Source of the DNA: Nemertoderma westbladi
Lineage: Eukaryota > Animalia > Xenacoelomorpha
Length of the DNA: 64,000 bases
Direction of reading: 5' to 3'
Assembly: GCA_032718475.1 (NCBI GenBank)
Contig: JAUCBJ010006717.1
Span: forward strand, 82,374 to 146,373
In this document: positions 57,337-64,000 of the stretch, in pieces
How the letters are laid out: each line of letters begins with the position of its first letter
Numbering within the stretch: the stretch's first letter is position 1
Notes under the pieces: model-generated
The model's input: the letters and a program-made list of their open reading frames with translations, nothing else
What the model was told of the DNA's origin: nothing
The model's database searches: none
Translations under genes and position numbers: made by a program

Positions 57337-60300
57337 TCAAGTTAGTTTTCTCAGAATTACCTCCAGTGTCTCCCTATTCTGATTTTGGTAGGCTTGAATA
57401 TCAGAAGAGATACCTCTGATTACAGTTTGTAACTCTCTTATATCTGATTGCAAGTCTTTGAATGTTTTCTCAGTTTCATCCTTTATTGTCTCACTTTGAG
57501 TTGGTTTTCCACTGGAACTCGTATCTAGAACTCGTTTCGTCAAGGAATCTATACGATACGACATTTCCTTAACCCTTGTTGTTCGACTTGGTGGTGGCAT
57601 TTCTGGTGGTAGTAATGGCACAGGGGGTGGGGGCGAAGTTTTAAGATCATTCAATTTTTCAGTAATTTCTAACAGCTGGTTTGATAGATCACCAAACAAA
57701 GCAAATTGTTTCTCGACTAGTTTTTCATTTGCCTCATGTTCATATTTCAAAAATCCCATTTGAGATTGGAATTCGTACATAGTCGTATCATAAACTCTAT
57801 TTATGCTCGAACGCTGCCTTTGGTTTGTACTCTCAACCAAATCATTAAGTTTTTCTAACTGTTTATTAGCCAGAATCATCCGTTTTTCAACCCCAATGTT
57901 TTCATCTTTTGCTGCTCGGGAAATATAGTTACTTGCACACATATCCTCAAATCTTGCAATAGCTGCTACTTCATTTTTATTTGAAATCAATTTCAGTTGT
58001 CGGTGTTTAATTATCCCACATAATCGCAAAACAAAGGGAATTAAACTCAATGGTGGGGCAAACAGAGGTTTTGAAAAATATTCTTCCATCAGATCATACC
58101 TTTGGAAGGACCAATACTCATCAGTATTGTCATTAACAGCATCAAATGTATGGCTGAACATTGCAATTAATAAATTCAGAAGTAGAACATTACTCAATAG
58201 CAAATATACAGCTAAAAAAATTAGTGGCCAAAATGTTGATTGCGGGCATCTCTGAATTCCAGTAGCCATCGCTAATTCATCATTTGGCTCACAATTTGCT
58301 TCATCTAAATTATAGTTATCAAGAAATAGGTTGCCATAGACTTGGAAATAAGAATGGTATAAAATCGATTCTGCAGCAGCTCCAATATCAGTTTCATTAG
58401 GAAACATCAAAGAATGCACTGCAACTCCATACGAGAGAATGAATATTATTATAATAACTATAAAGAATATAAGATCTTTCAACATTTTTTCTATCATGAT
58501 CAATTTTGGCCCAATTACACGATTTATTGTTCCAATATGCAGTGTTCGCAGATAACAACCCCATAAAGCAATGGCATAAAACACTCTGGCTGAAAACAGC
58601 TGTCCTTCTATGTTTCTCAGTATTAAACCTGGAGCAATAGTTATCAAACAAAACAAGTCTAACTTATTCCAAGTATTCCCAATCCATGCAAGGACCTTCC
58701 TACGTAATGTTGGTATTCCACTATCATATATTTGTCTAGCCTCGTCTAGATACAGTGTTCCAAACCAGAATACGAGTATAATTTCCCAAATTGAAGGTGT
58801 TTCATGGAAATTCATCATTAATACATAACTGAACAGCAGTACTAATACCATGTATAAATAGGAATGCTGCCAAAATACAACAATGGGCGCCCTCAAAAAA
58901 CCATATATCTTTTTGTAGTATGATAACTGGTCTAGTGGCTTTCTTTCATTATTAGTGGCACCTTTGTTTGAAATTGTGTTCTCATTATTCATGTCTATCA
59001 TCCTTGCAATATTGTCACATGTACCAGATTTATCAGTGTCATCTTCTGAAAAACATTTATCACCATAGAACGGTATAAGAAATGGAACAAGGAGAGGGCA
59101 TAATAGACACAACGATATGCGATGTAATCCTGTTGGCATCATCTCACCATACCAAACACTAGAGAGGAATGCTTGACAACCACTTTGTGATGTGAAGTTA
59201 ATACAATTTCCTGCTTGAGAAAGTTCCATGACTGTACTTCCACCAAACAATGGTAACACTTGACAAAGAAGAATCTGGACCTGAAAAGAATCTTCACAAT
59301 AGCACTCATTGGCCACATTTATCGCTAAATCCTCAAAGTATTGAGCAATTTCGTGGAGTCTAGCACAATATCGAGAATCTGTGACATATCGTGATTCAGC
59401 CATTGATTTCAGTATTTTGACAGCTGCTAATGCTGCTGCACATTTATGATTTTCTTCCTCCCAGAAATATCTTGACATTTCTTCTCTCCCTAAAAGAATG
59501 CAATATATAAACAATTCTCTGCTTGGATCATCAAATGTTTCAAAATCAGATGTACAATGAGTGTCTCCTGTATGATTAGAAAGAAATTGAGCTGGTTCCT
59601 CTATATTTACATGCAGTATATTATTATCCTTTGCGATATTCATATTATATCGGGAATCACAGAGATAAATTGGATTGTAATCAATGTCATTACCCATTAA
59701 ATATTTTATAATCTTTCCAATATCCTGCAATGATATGAATTTATTTCCATATTTTTGTTTTTGTGAGTTAAGAAATCCATACAATACCTGTTCATGTGGA
59801 ATAATATTATATAAATCTTTTAACAATTTTACTGTAAGGAATGATTTCAAATCAAAACCACTTTCCAGTATTAAATCAACAAATGATGTTTTATCATCAT
59901 GTATAGCCTGTAGCAGATATGGACCTATGTCATTCTCATCAAAGCGTTTATCACCAGTAAATATATAATCACTCGCAATGTCAGCCCGATCCCAGTCGAG
60001 ACATATCTGAAGCTGATCAAGTTGGTTATGTGCATTTAGCTTCATCATTTCTTTAATCATTACAGTATCCATGCTCTTCTCACTTTTACTTACAATTATA
60101 AGTAGACTTTTGTCTAGAAGACATTCATAAAGCATCCGTATTACATTACTTATGTGATCTGTTCCCCAAATACCAATAATTTTCTTCTGTACCAATTGAA
60201 TGAATTCTCCAAATAAATCATATTTCTCTGATGATTGGCTATTAACTTCTGTTGGCATCCTCATGTGTTCTGTTTGCACTAACACCCAAATAAAAAGATC

Positions 60301-61188
60301 TGCTAACCCACCTGATCCTTCGAGAATTATCAGTGGTGTTTTAAGTTTAAGAGATCCTTGAACTTCTTGCAATGTACTTCTATCTCCTCCTAGTAGAATG
60401 CTAAGTATTGGGATATTTTTTAGAGCAGGAATACAATTGTCTTCATTGACTTCATTATCATTTCTTAATGCCTCCATAAAGTTATGCCATAATACCTCCT
60501 TGTCACCAAATTTCCCTGTGGTTCCATCATCAGAAAGAATAAAATGTGTATGGTTAGAATCTAATGGTACATTAAGAAGTCCATCTTCAAAGCAAACATC
60601 TTCTTTTCTGTATCTGTATTCAATACACTTTGGACTACATAAATTAATGAGAGAAGAATTTCCAGCGACAGAACCCCATGATGTTAATCCAGCTAGGAAA
60701 ACACTACCGCCTCTACTTTTAACATTTTGTGCAATTATATTTCCAACCTGTGCACTCACACCATAACTTAATCCTTGGCTAAATATCCAGACATGGGAAA
60801 TATCGGCTATTTTCATTAGGCCCTTTTCAAAAACTTGCCTCACCTTTCCTCGCATCTGACTTCCTGTGAAATTGTTCCCAAATATGGTGAGTACCATTGA
60901 TGGTGGTGGAATATCCCAACATTCTTCAATGAGCTTCACAACATGCTCACCTTTTGTGTTGGAATCCATACGTATGTACTTTGTTGGAGACGTATCATTT
61001 ACCTGTTGGCGACTGGGCAGGGTTACATTTCCAAATGCGTTAGTTGGTGTGAGATTTGTATTGAATGCTGTGGACCACGATCCATTGCCACTCATGTCTC
61101 CATTCTTGATGGCCATTTCGGAATGTTCCATCACGTCTAGCCCACAATAGCATTTTTGGACTGATTTAGTTGAAGTTATAGATGAAAT
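57337..61188 (-). CDS. TRPM: TRPM-family transient receptor potential cation channel without C-terminal NUDT9-H or kinase domain; giant terminal coding exon, start exon not located
   Basis: 1265-aa uninterrupted ORF with MHR1/2 motifs (AFG..., LDSNHTHFILSDDG, EGSGGLAD), WDRADIA, MHR4 (ELFIYCILLGREEMSRYFWE, AALAA), six TM segments (WNKLD, IGPKLIMIEKM, NVLLLNLLIAMFSHTF), TRP box WSFQRY, PPL and a coiled coil. The frame stays open 18 codons upstream of the listed start (ISSITSTKSVQKCYCGLDVMEH, with the TRPM N-terminal CxCG...H motif) up to a splice acceptor. Paralog number not assignable by eye. Confidence 0.95.
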   Translation of the reverse strand: MSSITSTKSVQKCYCGLDVMEHSEMAIKNGDMSGNGSWSTAFNTNLTPTNAFGNVTLPSRQQVNDTSPTKYIRMDSNTKGEHVVKLIEECWDIPPPSMVLTIFGNNFTGSQMRGKVRQVFEKGLMKIADISHVWIFSQGLSYGVSAQVGNIIAQNVKSRGGSVFLAGLTSWGSVAGNSSLINLCSPKCIEYRYRKEDVCFEDGLLNVPLDSNHTHFILSDDGTTGKFGDKEVLWHNFMEALRNDNEVNEDNCIPALKNIPILSILLGGDRSTLQEVQGSLKLKTPLIILEGSGGLADLFIWVLVQTEHMRMPTEVNSQSSEKYDLFGEFIQLVQKKIIGIWGTDHISNVIRMLYECLLDKSLLIIVSKSEKSMDTVMIKEMMKLNAHNQLDQLQICLDWDRADIASDYIFTGDKRFDENDIGPYLLQAIHDDKTSFVDLILESGFDLKSFLTVKLLKDLYNIIPHEQVLYGFLNSQKQKYGNKFISLQDIGKIIKYLMGNDIDYNPIYLCDSRYNMNIAKDNNILHVNIEEPAQFLSNHTGDTHCTSDFETFDDPSRELFIYCILLGREEMSRYFWEEENHKCAAALAAVKILKSMAESRYVTDSRYCARLHEIAQYFEDLAINVANECYCEDSFQVQILLCQVLPLFGGSTVMELSQAGNCINFTSQSGCQAFLSSVWYGEMMPTGLHRISLCLLCPLLVPFLIPFYGDKCFSEDDTDKSGTCDNIARMIDMNNENTISNKGATNNERKPLDQLSYYKKIYGFLRAPIVVFWQHSYLYMVLVLLFSYVLMMNFHETPSIWEIILVFWFGTLYLDEARQIYDSGIPTLRRKVLAWIGNTWNKLDLFCLITIAPGLILRNIEGQLFSARVFYAIALWGCYLRTLHIGTINRVIGPKLIMIEKMLKDLIFFIVIIIIFILSYGVAVHSLMFPNETDIGAAAESILYHSYFQVYGNLFLDNYNLDEANCEPNDELAMATGIQRCPQSTFWPLIFLAVYLLLSNVLLLNLLIAMFSHTFDAVNDNTDEYWSFQRYDLMEEYFSKPLFAPPLSLIPFVLRLCGIIKHRQLKLISNKNEVAAIARFEDMCASNYISRAAKDENIGVEKRMILANKQLEKLNDLVESTNQRQRSSINRVYDTTMYEFQSQMGFLKYEHEANEKLVEKQFALFGDLSNQLLEITEKLNDLKTSPPPPVPLLPPEMPPPSRTTRVKEMSYRIDSLTKRVLDTSSSGKPTQSETIKDETEKTFKDLQSDIRELQTVIRGISSDIQAYQNQNRETLEVILRKLT

Positions 61189-61203
61189 CTAGAGGAAAAA
61201 TAT
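61189..61203 (-). other. 3' splice acceptor of the TRPM giant exon
   Basis: Minus strand reads TTTTTCCTCTAG|ATTTCA: a polypyrimidine tract plus AG exactly where the open frame ends (the TAG is the in-frame stop). Phase 0, with AT-rich intron-like DNA upstream. Confidence 0.8.
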
Positions 61204-61442
61204 TTGAATTAATTTTATTGTTATTTTTAAAATAATGTTATATGTTCACCAAGCAAACGCAAATAATACATTTATAACATTTACAAATATTTAAAATACA
61301 TTTGAATAACTTCCAAATCATATAATAATGATATGTCATGCTTTTCAGGGTATGTGCCAGCGATGTTGAATTTTGCGAGTGATGTGAAATTTCAGTTATG
61401 TATGTGAATAATGTGGTTCTTGTGTTAATGAATAACCAGTAA

Positions 61443-62210
61443 CTACTAGGATCGCCATGCTACATTGCAGCTGCATTTTTAAGAATGCTGTGCCGGCTTG
61501 TCGACAAAATTGCGCCGCCACAACTCCCTATCACCCATGACATTTGCTAGATCATCCGCATCGTCAAGGCCAGTGTCCATTAAGATGCGTCTCAAGAAAG
61601 TCATGGGCTGTCCACCATGCTTATTCACTCCATGAGGCTGCCAAAGTACAAGATTATGCACTGGGTGGTCCTCGCGGCGAAAGCAATGTCCTGCAAAGCG
61701 GAGGCGATTTTGTTCTAGTGTCAAGCTTGGGGGAACCAATGAGACACCTCCAATGTTGTATAGTGTCTGGTTGGAGATGTTGCATTGTACTTGACACAAT
61801 GAACCCGGCGTAGTATTCTTGTGAATGTGCCATCCAGAGATTTGGTGTCCTCAGTAGTTAGAGCCCAACATGGACTGCCATAGAGGAGTGCTGGAACTAC
61901 TGCTGCTCTAAATAATCGGACCTTAAGTTTCCGATTAATTCTCGGTGACTTCCAAATCCTGGAAAGCCTATTCAAGGCTGTCCATGCCTTTCCCTTACGT
62001 ATTCGAAGGTCCTCACCTGACTTCCGGATCCATGATCCCAGGTAACAGAAGTCGTCCACATGCTCAGGCATACCATCCTTTGAGCTTATGCTCATCCGAT
62101 CAGAGACTTGCTGAGGACTTTCAAATTTAACTGTCAAAATTTTGGTCTTTCTAGAATTAATAAAAAGACCAACACTAGAAGCAGCATGTTCTAATGAGCT
62201 GAGGAGCCGT
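61443..62210 (-). mobile_element. 5'-truncated RTE LINE (copy 2, same family as copy 1), in the inferred TRPM intron
   Basis: Reverse complement matches 52291-53065 with only scattered substitutions and a 1-bp deletion near 61780. CTAGTAG tail. Candidate TSD TAACCAGTAA (61433-61442) / TAAACAGTAA (62210-62219). Confidence 0.95.
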
Positions 62211-63364
62211 AAACAGTAAAATATTGTTTTGTGTGTGTATCTGCTAAAAAAACTTCATTTCTGATAAGGTAAGGAATGGTCTGCATTAAATATGCACATA
62301 AACATATACTATATCAGCCACACAACCAGGATCCATTGCTGGACAGCCCTGCCACAGACACCTCCATAGTCTGTGATTAACAATATAACCCTGAAGACCT
62401 TATCAGGAATGTCAATGGCTGACAAACATATTTATACTTGCCTGCTGACTTTCATAGAAATATATCATAGTTAGTTAGTTATACATATTATATATAGACA
62501 CAAACATGATCTCCCATAAGGTCCTCGACAAAATAAATCACTAATAATAAATTAATCACAATAATTTAATAGATCCTATCAATAATACACTGCATAATAA
62601 AACTAATACGAGTAGAACCAAATACACAAACGAGACATAACAACAAGACAATGCAACGATTTTTAAACTCAAAAAAGAAAGCTATACATAAAGATACGAT
62701 TAAACTCAAAAAAACCATGGAAAGAAACAGTTATAATAATATATTAAGACTACAGATCTGACATACAAAAAGAAGAACTTCAAACTGTTCACAGATCACT
62801 ATCGAACATTCCTAGGACTCTTGTAAATATATTTACCGAAATCTACTTTGTATTTAATAAACAGTTCCATCAAAGTTGTAGTAGTGAAACTCACTCCAAG
62901 CTCGCTTGTTTCTCATCCTGTATACCCCCCACTGAACAGCTACAAACCTGCTCATCACGAGGAATCCAAGACTAACGACCTTCAGCTTCATTACTCATTC
63001 ATTTATTCAATTAATCTCATTACTGCTTGTCTGAAATGTCTAGTTGGCTTGCTGAGTATATCCAATGAAAATATAGACATAGACATGATAAGATGAATAT
63101 CTTGACATAGACTTGAAAATCTTAGAGCAAAGGTTTGTCCCGCTAAACAGGCTGAGAGCTAACTGGAGTGGATAATTTACTGGCGAATTCTGTACCATCT
63201 TCAGGAAAGCCACCCGTCTTCTCGCGATAAAGGCAGCAGCCTGGGGAACACCCTCTAAATGTGGATTAACTCATTAGATGTTGGCTATCGGGCACCTATA
63301 TGTGTCTTCAGTATTGATCTCTACTGCACCTCCATTTGCTTCACACCCGCTATCCAAAACTCGC

Positions 63365-63997
63365 ATCATGGATCCGGAAGTCAGGTGAAGACCTTCGGAT
63401 ACGTAAGGGAAAGGCATGGGGCAGCCTTGAATAGGCTTTCCAGGATTTGGAAGTCACCGAGAATTTATCGGAAACTTAAGGTCCGATTATTTAGAGCAGC
63501 AGTAGTTCCAGTACTCCTCTATGGGAGTCCTCTGGGCTCTAACTTCATCTCAGAGGATACCAAATCTCTGGACGGCACTTACACAAGAATACTGCGCCAG
63601 GTTCTTTGTGTCAAATACAATGACCACATCTCCAATCAGACTCTATACAACATTGGAGGTGTTCCATAAGTCTCCCCTAGCGTGATACTTGAACGGAACT
63701 GCCTCCCCTTTGCAGGACTGCTTTCGCCTTGAGGATCCTTGAGGATTCCGATTTCCGCAGGACATTGCGAACCAGCCAGTGCATAATCTTGTGATTTGGT
63801 GTTGTTAAGGAGTGAATAAGCATGGTGGACAGTCCATGACATTCTTGAGTTGCCTCTTAAAGGACACTGGCCTTGAAGATGCGGCTGATCTAGCAAAATG
63901 TAATGGGTGATAGGGAGTTGTGGCGGCGCAATTTTGTCGTCAAGCCGGCACAGAATTCTTAAAAATGCAGCGATGCCATCCTACTACTAGTAGTAGT
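63365..63997 (+). mobile_element. 5'-truncated, more degraded RTE LINE (copy 3, same family)
   Basis: Matches copy 1 from 52466 (ATCATGGATCCGGAAGTCAGGTG) to the (TAG)n tail. Multiple small indels and a local rearrangement near 63710-63775. Confidence 0.93.
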
Positions 63998-64000
63998 ATT

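Noticed and set aside
58397-61150. Short ORFs at 58397, 58610, 59684, 60398, 60866 and 60943
   Set aside because: Antisense or alternate-frame shadows of the TRPM CDS.
62790-63360. Penelope-like RT remnant or TRPM first exon on the minus strand
   Set aside because: Only a faint resemblance (LMELFIKYKVDFGKYIY..VLG) with stops and frameshifts. The nearby GTAAAT donor would be phase 1 from that ATG, incompatible with the phase-0 acceptor. Needs a profile search.

Overview
Animal (probably AT-rich invertebrate) genomic DNA at the edge of a large satellite array. Bases 1-46550 are about 2,500 tandem copies of an 18-bp monomer (GAATGGAATGAACTATCA) mixed with 22-bp (+GAAT) variants, organised into variable-length higher-order blocks and becoming more variant-rich toward the right edge. 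A different 66-bp minisatellite (12 copies, with its own trimer/hexamer order) directly abuts it. The remaining ~16.6 kb is transposon-rich DNA: RTE-clade LINE copies, a TA-flanked MITE, tRNA-derived SINEs and a solo LTR. It holds one real gene, an intact TRPM-family cation channel on the minus strand. Almost all of its CDS lies in one ~3.85-kb exon, it lacks a C-terminal enzyme domain, and it has an unusual YGN selectivity filter. All repeat-peptide ORFs in the ORF track are treated as by-products of the satellite. Everything here was read by eye; no searches were run.
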